Shown here: positions 26,052 through 35,654 of the stretch, one piece after another | How the letters are laid out: each line of letters starts with the position of its first letter | How positions within the stretch are numbered: position 1 is the stretch's first letter | Source: an uncultured Candidatus Binatia bacterium | GTDB lineage: Bacteria > Desulfobacterota > Binatia > UBA9968 > CAXXLF01 | Direction: 5' to 3' | Assembly (NCBI GenBank): GCA_965218425.1 | Contig: OZ244621.1 | Coordinates: 4,186,613 to 4,250,612, forward strand | Length of the DNA stretch: 64,000 nt | The notes under the pieces: generated by a model | Seen by the model: the letters and a program-made list of their open reading frames with translations, nothing else | Database searches by the model: none | What the model was told of the DNA's origin: nothing | Made by a program: the position numbers and the translations under genes

Positions 26052-27395
26052 TTACCGGGTTCCTTCCAGGGCAACATCGAGAAATAGCGCCGCGGTCCAG
26101 GAAAAGTTATCGGTTCCGTAGCCTTTCCCGGTGTAGGGATCGAAGTACTCGTAGAATCCGTAGCGTTTGACCAGAGTAATCATGTCGCGGCGCACGCTTT
26201 CGGCTTTTTCTTGAAAGCCATACCGGCTGAGTCCCTGCAACAACAGCCAATTGGTATTGATCCAGACCGGACCTCGCCAGTAGTTGGAGGTGTCCAGATA
26301 ATCCCCTTCCAGATTATAGTTCGGTATGGAAAAGCAACGCGCATCATCCATGGTGCAAAAGGCCCGTGACTCGAGAAACTCGTACATGACTTTGGCTTGT
26401 GCATCTGTAGGAGCGCCGCACAGTAAGGGCATAAATCCCGCCGCGGTCAATGTCCCGATGGGCTCTCCGGCGCGCAGATCAAAAACGTCAAACGCTCCAT
26501 GGTTAGCGTGCCAGAGCTTGTCCCTTAGGGATTGTGCCGTCTGATCATACCATTCTCGGATCTGGGCCGTGTCCTTTCCCAAGGTCTTTCCGATTTCCAT
26601 CAGATCCTCCTCAGCCTTACAGAGAATACTGTTCAATAGCGGTTCCTGTATCAGAAACGGGCACTCCTGGTAGATGGCCTTTTCGTCGTAGTTCAATCTT
26701 CTAAATAGATCCACAAGAAACACGTACCGATCGTAGTCGTCATCCGACGGCCGCTGAGACCTTGGAATACCCTTTTTTAAATCCTGCCGTTGGTAGGAAG
26801 GCAGCGTCGTTTTGTCAATCTTCATGGCCTTCAAAGGAGGGTCCCAGGTTGGGGCATTGTCCAAACCCGATTCCCACGGGTGACGGATATAGACAAGCCC
26901 TTCTCCTTCTGGATCTCGATCACGGAAGAAAAACTCATGCAATTTAAAGATTCGAGGGTAAAGATACTCCAACCATTCTCGAGCGCTATCGCCGTCCCGT
27001 GCATGACTCAAGACGCTGAGAGCAGCCATGGCATGCACCGGTGGCATGGTAATCCCTGAAGTGAGGACGTTTTCAGGGTAATGGCGCGAGCGCTCCCCTT
27101 GCCAGAAGTCGGGTTCAGGAAAATACCCTCCCAAGACCTTAGGGTTGAATACAATCTGGGGAAGCATCCCGTTGTGCCATTGACCGGCAAAGAGCGAGGA
27201 AAGCTCCTGCTGCGCCCTAAACTGATCATATCGCGCATATCCAATGGCAATGAACCCGGAATCCCAGTTCCATTGATGGGGATAAAGATGGGGCGAAGGC
27301 TTGGTGGACTGACCTAGCCAATTTCCATCCAAAACCGCCTTGGCCCGGTGGATCAGATCGTCCAATGTCTCAGCCATTCCTTTTGCTACTTCCAT
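26052..27395 (-). CDS. GH63-like six-hairpin glycosidase (glucosylglycerate / mannosylglycerate hydrolase-like)
   Basis: 447 aa. LYPHQWNWDSGFIAIG, SGITMPPVHA, IRHPWESGLDNAPTWD, QRPSDDDYDRY, YWRGPVWINTNWLL, FSWTAALFLD. This matches the GgH/MgH pattern as I recall it. Confidence 0.7.
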   Translation of the reverse strand: MEVAKGMAETLDDLIHRAKAVLDGNWLGQSTKPSPHLYPHQWNWDSGFIAIGYARYDQFRAQQELSSLFAGQWHNGMLPQIVFNPKVLGGYFPEPDFWQGERSRHYPENVLTSGITMPPVHAMAALSVLSHARDGDSAREWLEYLYPRIFKLHEFFFRDRDPEGEGLVYIRHPWESGLDNAPTWDPPLKAMKIDKTTLPSYQRQDLKKGIPRSQRPSDDDYDRYVFLVDLFRRLNYDEKAIYQECPFLIQEPLLNSILCKAEEDLMEIGKTLGKDTAQIREWYDQTAQSLRDKLWHANHGAFDVFDLRAGEPIGTLTAAGFMPLLCGAPTDAQAKVMYEFLESRAFCTMDDARCFSIPNYNLEGDYLDTSNYWRGPVWINTNWLLLQGLSRYGFQEKAESVRRDMITLVKRYGFYEYFDPYTGKGYGTDNFSWTAALFLDVALEGTR

Positions 27396-27548
27396 GTCTT
27401 ACTGTCTTCAACTTACCAGTGGCCTGCATACAACTAAAGACAACAGACCTCCTGTCCTGCAAGAGTAACAATCGCTACAGAGGATACGCTCCTGACAGGC
27501 TGGAAAGGGGGATCAGTTGACCGCCGCAAGAGAACGATGGTCAACGGA

Positions 27549-27951
27549 TTATGCAGGAACCGTGTTCAGAATACCAGTGAACTGCTTCAGTAGCCTCTCG
27601 ATGCAGTCGCTCATCTCCTTAACCGTGAATGGCTTTGCTATAAAATCGTCACACCCGCTGCGAAAACAATTTCTCTTGTCGTCCATGGTGACCCCAGCCG
27701 TCATTGCCAGGATCAGTATGAAACGGGTTTCTGGATTCTCTCGAATCACACGGGTAGTCTGAGACCGTCCATCACAGGCAGCATGATGTCCATCAAGATG
27801 GGATCTGGCATTTGAGAAATGGCCAAATCCACTGCCTCATTACCGTTTACCGCCACAACCGTGTCATAGCCCAATCGGTCGAGAAACGTTCGAATGATAA
27901 GGCACAGATCCATATCATCGTCCACGATGAGGATTTTTTTCTCATTCTCAT
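27549..27951 (-). pseudogene. Single-domain response regulator (CheY-like receiver) with a 1-nt frameshift
   Basis: From ATG 27951: MRMRKKILIVDDDMDLCLIIRTFLDRLGYDTVVAVNGNEAVDLAISQMPDPILMDIMLPVMDGL, then RLPV-stop. The adjacent frame continues (S)QTTRVIRENPETRFILILAMTAGVTMDDKRNCFRSGCDDFIAKPF. The junction is at about 27759-27763. Confidence 0.75.
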
Positions 27952-28516
27952 TATGAGACCACCTAAAGTTTACTTAACGGCAAAAGGGATGCCATGCCAT
28001 AACCAGATGATTTTTAATGGCTATTTTTTTGGGACGATAATTGAGGCTGTTCCATTGATGCAAAAATATGGAAAAAATGACTTACCCATGGCATCCTAAA
28101 TGATTTCCTATATTCCCTTCGCTGCCGGCGGAATAATCAACACTAGCATAACAAGGCTATGGGGAGCTTTGAATTGGAAACCATGATTGACGAAATAGAT
28201 CTTCTAAATAAAAACGTGACCGTGACACTAGGTGACTATAGGGAAACCATTGCTGGGGCGAATTCGTCAGGGAAGACGGCAAATTGCAATACAAAAACAA
28301 ATCTGGAGGCATCACGCAAATCCAAATCCGTGATGATGGAAGATATACCGTTAAAGCCAAAAGATCAGACGTAGGTAGCCTGAGTCGAGTGAACCCCATA
28401 AATTTCCACCTACAGATGGGCGACTACCAAGGCTACCAATGCCCCTTTGACCGCATTTTTGATAGGCAGTCCTGTGGACCATTGCGTCTGCGTCCCCCGC
28501 AGGGGCCTTCGATGGG

Positions 28517-29593
28517 TTAACTCAGTCCGAAGAGCGCCTTGGGATTATCATAGATAATCTTGCCGTATTGCGCCGCGCTGATACCGCCGTGGTTTTTCAA
28601 GTTGCGCAGGGCCTCGATCTCCGTGGATTGATCGTTGTGGCCGTAATCGGTGCCAATGACGATATTGTCCTCCCCTGAATATTTGAAAACCTGGTCCACA
28701 TCATCATCGGTCTGGCACGACACGTATTGCCGGTATTCCTTCATGGGATTATCTGGCAGCGTTTTTCCCGCCGCCCCCCAGCGCCTCTGCAGATCCTTAA
28801 TCACATAAGGGATCCACTGCGCCGCTGCCTCGGCCCAATGAAACCGAAGCTTGGGAAATAGCATCGGCACCTCGCTCATGATCACTGAATGAAACGCGCC
28901 GATCACGGGTATGCGGAACTTCCAGAAGCTGCCGCCGCCGTTGTACTGCGAGACCAGGTCGATGTTTTGCGGGTTGCCGTTGCCCACGTGAACGCCCACG
29001 GCCAGGTCGAGACGACTCGTTTCCTCGTATAGAGGATAAAAATAGGGGTCGGTAATGAGTCGATGGCCTTCCAGGCCGCGCATAAACACACCGCAGGCTC
29101 CGTTGGACTTGCAAAACTTGAGCTCCTCCAGCGCCGCACTCATATCAAGGAGCGGCAGAACACAGATCCACCTGAGCCGTCCCTGACCCTGCCGGTGAAT
29201 GTCGGCCAGCCAACGGTTGTAGCCCTTGCAGATGGCGATTTCCCATTCCACTTTGTCGGTTACCTGCTCGATGAACATGGTGGGATAGAGCACCTGGACA
29301 TCGATCCCTAATTGATCCATATGCTTGAGGCGGGCGGGAACGTTTTCCATCTCTCGGGTTTCACGCGTAGTCGCCATGTCGCGGCCCGTGCGCTCTGCAA
29401 TCTCATGGAGCTGCTGGGCAGTCAAAACCACGCGTACCAAACCGCGAATCTTACTCTCCACGAACCAGTATTCTCCGCCCCCCTTACCTTGCGGCCGGAC
29501 GATGAGGGGCCGATACTTCTGGTGGGCCGGATCCATGAAATCCCATGTACGCTCCGATTCCACAACATGAGCATCGGCATCAATGGTCGGCAT
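28517..29593 (-). CDS. Amidohydrolase-2 family protein
   Basis: ATG 29593 (GGGAGG 9 nt upstream); the ORF is open to TTG 29602. MPTIDADAHVVESERTW, VGVHVGNG, GTDYGHND. Confidence 0.85.
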   Translation of the reverse strand: MPTIDADAHVVESERTWDFMDPAHQKYRPLIVRPQGKGGGEYWFVESKIRGLVRVVLTAQQLHEIAERTGRDMATTRETREMENVPARLKHMDQLGIDVQVLYPTMFIEQVTDKVEWEIAICKGYNRWLADIHRQGQGRLRWICVLPLLDMSAALEELKFCKSNGACGVFMRGLEGHRLITDPYFYPLYEETSRLDLAVGVHVGNGNPQNIDLVSQYNGGGSFWKFRIPVIGAFHSVIMSEVPMLFPKLRFHWAEAAAQWIPYVIKDLQRRWGAAGKTLPDNPMKEYRQYVSCQTDDDVDQVFKYSGEDNIVIGTDYGHNDQSTEIEALRNLKNHGGISAAQYGKIIYDNPKALFGLS

Positions 29594-29641
29594 GGCGTGC
29601 AACCTCCCTTCCGCCTGACAGAAACTCCTTGACGGGCAAGA

Positions 29642-29670
29642 ATTTTAAACCCGCAGGGCGCCCATGTCAA
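29642..29670 (-). promoter_or_regulatory. Candidate promoter (minus strand) TTGACA-17 nt-TAAAAT
   Basis: The reverse complement reads TTCTGGAAATTGACATGGGCGCCCTGCGGGTTTAAAAT. It shares the 15-nt TTCTGGAAATTGACA -35 module with 26015-26029. Confidence 0.6.
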
Positions 29671-29888
29671 TTTCCAGAACTAACAAATTTGCCACTTGTG
29701 AAATCTCATGACTCGATTGTTGAATCAACCAAGCTTTCGTTTGTCAGCAAGGCGGTCCGTTCGAAAGCAAGAAAAAATAGATATTCAAATTTGGCTTCAG
29801 AGACTACCCAACGAATTGCAAAAGGTGCGATTTTGACACCCACCCGGTTCCGTGATAGTCGTTGCTGATCCATTAACCTGGAATACCC

Positions 29889-31109
29889 TTGATAAATAAA
29901 AAAATCGCAGTTGTTTTGTCTCTGGCATTTCTGGTCACCTTCGGCTATGGCCTCATCCTGCCGAGCTTATCCCTTTACGCCCACTCTCTGGGTGCAAGCC
30001 GTTCTTTTATCGGCATCATTGTCTCCATCTACGCCCTGGCCCAGCTTTTAACCCAGATTCCGGCGGGTCGATACGCGGACCGTCTCGGCCAGAAAACCCT
30101 GTTGATTCTTGGCTTTACCGGGATATCCGTGGCCGCCATGCTCAATAATTTTGGCACCGGCCCAAACCATTTCTTTGTATTCCAGGCCCTGGCGGGTGCA
30201 TCTACAGGTTGCCTCTGGCCATCCCTTATGGCGGTGCTCAGTGAAGAGTCCAGGCCCAACACCAGAGGAAAGCTCATGGGGACTTTCGGTACGATCTTCT
30301 TCTTGGGCATGGGCGTTGGACCTTATGTTGGCGGCCAAATCTCCACCACCTACGGATTTCTGGCGTCATTTAACCTGTGGTCGTTGAGTGCGGTTGCGGG
30401 TGGAATAGTCAGCGCGTTGACTTTGCAGGCGGCACCCAAGAAAACATCAGTTCAAGGATGGGGACAATCCTCAAGTAGATCCGGCAAGCTGATTCAGCCG
30501 GGCTTACTTTCCTCGTTCCTAGTAAGCTGCGTGATGCGCACCCGTGGGGGATTCTGCGCCAGCTTCACCAATTCCATTCTGCCCCTCTACGTTGCCGTAT
30601 TATTCAATGCCACGCCAAAAATGATTGGCACCTTGATGCTGGTGCATTCTCTAGGCTTGGCCTTCTTCAATATTCCGGGAGGTATCGTCGCCGACCGTGT
30701 TGGGTGCAAGTGGCCCGCCATAGCGGGGGCACTGGTAGCCACCTCGGGGGTATTCTGGTACAACTTTCCCAGCGCCTTCTGGATGCTCATCGCAGCAGTG
30801 GCGCTCGCAGGTGGAGGCTCTGCGTTTGCAACGCCGGCCCTTTCGGCATTGACGGCGGATATCTCCAATCCCGAGAGGCGCGCAGAGGCGTTTGGCTATT
30901 TTCTGACCTCCTTCCACGTGGGCGTGATCATGGGATCAACGATATTTGGTGCGGTGGCCGACTTAATCGATCTCTCGGGTGCGGTTTTGGCCTGGTCTTT
31001 TACCAGCTTCTTGTTATCCCTCCTCGGGTTTCTGATTCGTGAGCGCGGCTCGGTGCCTGTCACAGTCACCCTACCCCAAGAAACAGCCCCGGGTGCCGCT
31101 CACTCCTAA
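29889..31109 (+). CDS. MFS transporter
   Basis: 406 aa and highly hydrophobic. Motif A-like GRYADRLGQK. TTG start with a weak RBS, so the start is uncertain. Confidence 0.8.
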   Translation: MINKKIAVVLSLAFLVTFGYGLILPSLSLYAHSLGASRSFIGIIVSIYALAQLLTQIPAGRYADRLGQKTLLILGFTGISVAAMLNNFGTGPNHFFVFQALAGASTGCLWPSLMAVLSEESRPNTRGKLMGTFGTIFFLGMGVGPYVGGQISTTYGFLASFNLWSLSAVAGGIVSALTLQAAPKKTSVQGWGQSSSRSGKLIQPGLLSSFLVSCVMRTRGGFCASFTNSILPLYVAVLFNATPKMIGTLMLVHSLGLAFFNIPGGIVADRVGCKWPAIAGALVATSGVFWYNFPSAFWMLIAAVALAGGGSAFATPALSALTADISNPERRAEAFGYFLTSFHVGVIMGSTIFGAVADLIDLSGAVLAWSFTSFLLSLLGFLIRERGSVPVTVTLPQETAPGAAHS

Positions 31110-31299
31110 ACCCATCTCACTGCTTTCCCTCCGCCCCCAACGAAACCGTGATTTATAAAATCTCTGAAGGGAACGTGTGGCTCGATACCGAGTTGTGGGC
31201 ATTTATGGCGATTGGTTGATGATAAAGTCTAAACACGGCAAGATGCCCGGCTTTATTAGAAAACAAGCCTCGCTTCCATAAGAAACCAGCTAACTATTC

Positions 31300-31445
31300 C
31301 TTTTGCGGACGGCTGCTCTCATCCCTCTTCCCTTGAAACTCAACACTCTTCTTGTCTTTTTCTAAACCCTATCCCCAACACCCTACTCCCTAGTCTTGAC
31401 CCTTTCATCCTTTGATTACGATCCCGAACACGCCCCTCCCCTGAG
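31300..31445 (+). repeat. Pyrimidine-rich mosaic intergenic repeat, copy D
   Basis: AAACTCAACACTC, CCCTATCCCCAACACCCTACTCCC, CCTTTGATTACGATCCCGAACACG. About 75 nt are collinear with 8251-8330. Confidence 0.65.
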
Positions 31446-31564
31446 AGCGTGTGAGCAAATTGCTAGTATGCGGTATTGAAACAGCAGTTCCTTTACCGTC
31501 TGATTGTCTGAATTTGACAAACGAGGTGTTTGTCTAATATTTTCTTTCCAGGTTGGAGACGCTC

Positions 31565-33124
31565 ATGAGCCAGACTGATTCGGAGACTAGCAAGGTGAAC
31601 TGGGACTACACTGCGGATGTCGTCGTGGTTGGGACGGGGGCGGCGGGCCTCCCGGCTGCCGTTATGGCACGGGATCTCGGGGTCAATGTAATCGCTGTTG
31701 AGGAGAACCATGATATCGGCGGTCACGGGATGTTAAGCGGTGGGAGACTCCCCCTTGGTGGCGGGACGAGTTTTCAAAAGAAGTATGGCATCGAGGATTC
31801 GGTGGACCAGGTCTTTTTAGACCACACGACTTACCTCAGCCTCCAAGCCAAGTACAGTGACAGAGACCTTGTAAGCGTTTGGGCCGAGGAAAATGTTCCG
31901 ACGTTTGAGTTTCTGGTGGACAACGGTGTCAAGTTTGCTGATAATCCACCAATAATCGCACCGGACGAGACTGTTCCCAGACTAGCTGTGATCCGGCCTT
32001 ACTCAGACAACCTCAACGAAACCATCAATGGCAGGAATGGCTCAGGCCTTGTCAGGCATCTGGAGGCCAGTGCCCGTGCAAAGGGCGTGCAGTTTCTACT
32101 GAGTCACAAGATGACCCGCATTATTAGAGAATGCGACATCACCGGAAGGGTGCTTGGAATCAGAGCAATCTACCAGGGAAAAGAGGTAAACATCCAGGCA
32201 CGACGAGGCGTCATTATCGCTACGGGCGGTCATACCAGCAACGTGGAGTTTCGTAGAATGTTTGACCCTCGGCTGACCGAGGAGTACCAGACTGCCGGCG
32301 AACCCTGGTCCAAACAAACCGGTGACGGAGAGATACTGGCCATGGAAATTGGGGCATCCCTGTGGGGGACTGCCAACCAGACCACGGAGGGTGGACGAGC
32401 TGTTTCCAAAACAAAACACATCGGGTGCCGGTACGGTTATGTCAGCCTGAAGTGGAAGCCTGACAGCCCCATGTTCCATCTCGCCGGCGCCTCCGGCCTT
32501 ACCGTAAACGATTGGCAAAACGTAATTCTTGTAAACCAGTTGGGCTTGAGATTCTGGGATGAGCTCGATGATTCATACGCGTTTCTAAATGCTGCCCTGG
32601 GACTGAATGGGAATGAAACCAACGGGGGTGGACCCATATGGGCGATATTTGACGCAGGTACCGTACAGCGAGAGGGATGGAAACCAAAGCCGCCCGACAT
32701 AGATCCCAACGGTTGGTTCTTCAATGCCGACACCATTACCGAGCTAGCCCACAGGATCGTCAACCCATACCAGAAACAGCCTATGCCGGCGCGCACCTTG
32801 GAAGAAACGGTGGCAAAGTACAACTCCTTCGTGGATGCGGGAGAGGATCCGGAGTTTGGCAGAACTCCTCCCCTGTATAAAATTCAGACACCACCCTTCT
32901 ACGCGGCGTGGTCCACACCCATACTCCATGACTCTCTGACTGGACTGAGAATTAACACCAAGTGCCAGGTAATTGACATGAAGGGTCAGGCCATCCCGGG
33001 CCTGTACTGCGCCGGGGAATCGGCGGGTGGATTCGCCTTGCACGGCCTGCCCAGATGCTGTGTCTTTGGCCGCATAGCGGGCAGGGAAGCTGCCCTTGCC
33101 CATGCAGAAAGACCACGACGGTGA
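31565..33124 (+). CDS. FAD-dependent oxidoreductase (FAD_binding_2 type; fumarate reductase/KstD-like flavoprotein)
   Basis: ATG 31565 (GGAG 6 nt upstream). DVVVVGTGAAGLPAA dinucleotide fold, C-terminal GLYCAGESAGG. Confidence 0.8.
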   Translation: MSQTDSETSKVNWDYTADVVVVGTGAAGLPAAVMARDLGVNVIAVEENHDIGGHGMLSGGRLPLGGGTSFQKKYGIEDSVDQVFLDHTTYLSLQAKYSDRDLVSVWAEENVPTFEFLVDNGVKFADNPPIIAPDETVPRLAVIRPYSDNLNETINGRNGSGLVRHLEASARAKGVQFLLSHKMTRIIRECDITGRVLGIRAIYQGKEVNIQARRGVIIATGGHTSNVEFRRMFDPRLTEEYQTAGEPWSKQTGDGEILAMEIGASLWGTANQTTEGGRAVSKTKHIGCRYGYVSLKWKPDSPMFHLAGASGLTVNDWQNVILVNQLGLRFWDELDDSYAFLNAALGLNGNETNGGGPIWAIFDAGTVQREGWKPKPPDIDPNGWFFNADTITELAHRIVNPYQKQPMPARTLEETVAKYNSFVDAGEDPEFGRTPPLYKIQTPPFYAAWSTPILHDSLTGLRINTKCQVIDMKGQAIPGLYCAGESAGGFALHGLPRCCVFGRIAGREAALAHAERPRR

Positions 33125-33128
33125 GGTT

Positions 33129-34244
33129 ATGGCAAAAAACGGTTCAAAGATCCTCGACAGTGATATGCATGTGTTTGAGCCCCCTGACCTGTACTTGAAA
33201 TACATGGATCCTAAATGGGGGGACCGCATCCCCAGGGCGGAGCCCAGGAAAAAGCACGGGGCGACCCGGTACAGGCTGGGGGATGGAACACCCATCCGAT
33301 CCCCCAGTCGTGCGGTTGTTTTCCATGAAGAGAAAAACGCCCACCGTTACGACAAACCCCTAAGTAGGAACTATGACCCGGCTTCCCAACTCGACGCCAT
33401 GGACGTGGAGGGCCTGGACGCGGCGGTACTATTCCGCACCTCCCCCTTACATACCGACGAGACCTTCGAGGCAGAGTACGCCAATGACCTCTGTCGTGCT
33501 TGGAACAGTTGGATGAGCGACTTTTGTAAGGAAGATCCTAAAAGGCTCATGGGTTCAGCGTTGATTACTCTGCACGATGTAAACCTTGCCGTGGAGGAAG
33601 CGCGACGGGCGGTTAAGGAATTGGGCGCGGTGGGTTTGTCCCTGTGCCCGGAGCCCATCAACGGTAGGCAAATCCACGACTTCTACTTTGATCCGCTATG
33701 GGCGGAGGCAGAGCGGTTAGGAGTACCCATTTGTTTTCATCCACCCGCCAACCCCAACCAGCTTCAGGTCTCACAGCGTTTCAAAGGTCATCCCAATCAA
33801 GACCTTCTGGTCAATCCACTTCGCAACCCCGTTGAACTGATATTGGCCGTTAGCAGCTTCTGCGCCGGCGGAGTTCTAGAGCGGTTTCCCAAGATGAATG
33901 CGGCTTTTCTCGAAGGGAACTGTGCCTGGCTTCCCTGGCTGCTCTATCGCCTTGATGAATACTGGGAGATCCAGGGGGCCTTGGCCGATGTACCGCTTTG
34001 CCAAAAGCCGAGCAAGTATTTCCACCAGCAGTGTTTCATTTCGGTGGATGTGGACGAAAGCCTGGTGGTGAAGGTCATTGATTATCTAGGCGACGACAAT
34101 ATCGTGTTCTCCACCGATTACCCGCACATCGACTCCTGCTGGCCCCACGCAGTGGATAATTTTATGTCTCTTCAGGGGATATCCGAGGAGTCCAGGCGAA
34201 AAATCCTGTGGGACAACTGCGCCAGGCTCTATAACCTTGCATAA
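33129..34244 (+). CDS. Amidohydrolase-2 family protein
   Basis: MAKNGSKILDSDMHVFEPPDLY, ICFHP, FSTDYPHID. Start placed at ATG 33129, just after the upstream stop. Confidence 0.8.
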   Translation: MAKNGSKILDSDMHVFEPPDLYLKYMDPKWGDRIPRAEPRKKHGATRYRLGDGTPIRSPSRAVVFHEEKNAHRYDKPLSRNYDPASQLDAMDVEGLDAAVLFRTSPLHTDETFEAEYANDLCRAWNSWMSDFCKEDPKRLMGSALITLHDVNLAVEEARRAVKELGAVGLSLCPEPINGRQIHDFYFDPLWAEAERLGVPICFHPPANPNQLQVSQRFKGHPNQDLLVNPLRNPVELILAVSSFCAGGVLERFPKMNAAFLEGNCAWLPWLLYRLDEYWEIQGALADVPLCQKPSKYFHQQCFISVDVDESLVVKVIDYLGDDNIVFSTDYPHIDSCWPHAVDNFMSLQGISEESRRKILWDNCARLYNLA

Positions 34245-34398
34245 TCCTGTGGTTGTCTGCTACTAGTGCTTGACGGGTCTTTCCCATGTGATAGGGCTGC
34301 TTTCCAATAGCCTCCCCCAGCTTTGACAGGCTTGCAGTGATTTCTGAGGTCATAGAGGGGGAAATGATTCTTCTACAAAAGGTCAGTCATCCACGTGA

Positions 34399-34611
34399 AT
34401 TTTATTCGCCAGGGTGTGCTGGCTTTGCAGTGGGACGCCTGAGCAGTCTTTTCGCGTGGACGTTACGGAGATGGGCAAGGTCCATGAAACACAGATGCGC
34501 CGGCCGGGGGTTGAATACATGATGATCGTTCATGACCCGGAACTCCAGAAAAAGCGTCCCGAGGCAGAGAAATTCGTGGAGCAGCTTTACAGCAAGCGCC
34601 AAGGCGGATAG
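34399..34611 (+). pseudogene. C-terminal remnant (~60 codons) of an ABC substrate-binding protein paralog
   Basis: CSGTPEQSFRVDVTEMGKVHETQMRRPGVEYMMIVHDPELQKKRPEAEKFVEQLYSKRQGG aligns with the C-terminus of 39192-40407 (KSGRSPAPTFRVDVKEQGKVRTADMRKPGIDYLTMAHDPEIQTKRLSMLKRAEKIYRKIRGK). Preceded by a homologous promoter module at 34269-34312. Confidence 0.7.
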
Positions 34612-34791
34612 AGACATCCGCAGAATTATTGAGGAGTAATCGTAGTCCTATTGTCAGTGGTTCGTCGTCGGTTCCCCGTACGCTTTGCACTCTGCGCCAT
34701 GCGTTTTGCAGCTCTGCGTAAATCTGCGGTTAAGTATCCAGGCCTGACTTCGGTGAGGTAGTCCTTGTTCGTCTTGCACCCCGCGTTAGGC

Positions 34792-35580
34792 TCACGGCTT
34801 GTTTTCGAACCCTTGACCTCCCCCGAGTCGCTCTTCCAAACGCGCCAGGGATTCCCGGATATCCGTTAGATCGTCCCTTTCCTGAGTTGCGGCAGACTGA
34901 AGGTTGCTAACGATCACGCCGACGAAGAAGTTGAGCGTGACGAAAGTCCCAAACAGGATGAAGGTGACAAAGTAAATCCAGGCAAAGGGAGCATGGGGTA
35001 ACACTTCTTCCATGATCGTGATCCACCCCTCAAGGGTGATCACGCTGAAGAGCGTTAGAACGCTCTGATGCAAAGTAGCGAAATACTTGGGCGAGATCTC
35101 GTTGAAAAGGGAAGTACCAATGGCGGCGTAAACGTACATGAGAAGTCCAAGAAGCATAGCGATGTGACCGAGCGAGGGGAGGCTTCGGAGCAGCGCGGTC
35201 ACGATTGTTTGAAGGTTCGGGAGCACGCTCACCGCGCGCAGCACTCTCAATATCCTGAATAGCCGGGCCACGGTAAAAAACTGCGAGGCGGGAAGATACC
35301 CTGTGGCGACGATGACGAGATCGAATACATTCCAGCCGTTCTTGAGGAATACGGCTGGCGAGCCGACGGCCACAAGGCGGAGACTCAGTTCGAGAGTAAA
35401 AAGATAAAGGATCGTGCGATCCGCTAGATCCAGGAGCCACCCAAAGTCGGCCGCAACCTGGGGGTAGGTTTCCAGCCCGACGATGACGGCGTTCAGGACG
35501 ATCAAAGAGATTACCACCCGGTGAAAAAACACGGACTCGACAATCGACTCCACCCGGCTTGCCGCAACAGCTTTGTTCAT
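34792..35580 (-). CDS. Prokaryotic voltage-gated ion channel (BacNav/NaChBac-type, 6TM)
   Basis: 262 aa. S4 with four Arg at every third position (VARLFRILRVLRAV), pore/selectivity filter FSVITLEGWITIM, C-terminal charged coiled-coil-like tail. Confidence 0.8.
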   Translation of the reverse strand: MNKAVAASRVESIVESVFFHRVVISLIVLNAVIVGLETYPQVAADFGWLLDLADRTILYLFTLELSLRLVAVGSPAVFLKNGWNVFDLVIVATGYLPASQFFTVARLFRILRVLRAVSVLPNLQTIVTALLRSLPSLGHIAMLLGLLMYVYAAIGTSLFNEISPKYFATLHQSVLTLFSVITLEGWITIMEEVLPHAPFAWIYFVTFILFGTFVTLNFFVGVIVSNLQSAATQERDDLTDIRESLARLEERLGGGQGFENKP

Positions 35581-35654
35581 CTCGCTAGTTTCCTCCTACG
35601 GAACCAGATCAGAGTAAGGAACCGGCTACCTTTTAATGACTTATGACCGATCGG

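Noticed and set aside
27985-28097. 10-bp inverted repeat GGATGCCATG / CATGGCATCC separated by ~90 nt upstream of the receiver pseudogene
   Set aside because: A rough expectation for a 10-mer inverted match within 100 nt over 64 kb is several by chance, and there is no supporting conservation.
31514-31540. TTGACA-15 nt-TAATAT upstream of the FAD oxidoreductase as a promoter
   Set aside because: The hexamers are good, but a 15-nt spacer is short for sigma70. It is left unannotated pending TSS data.
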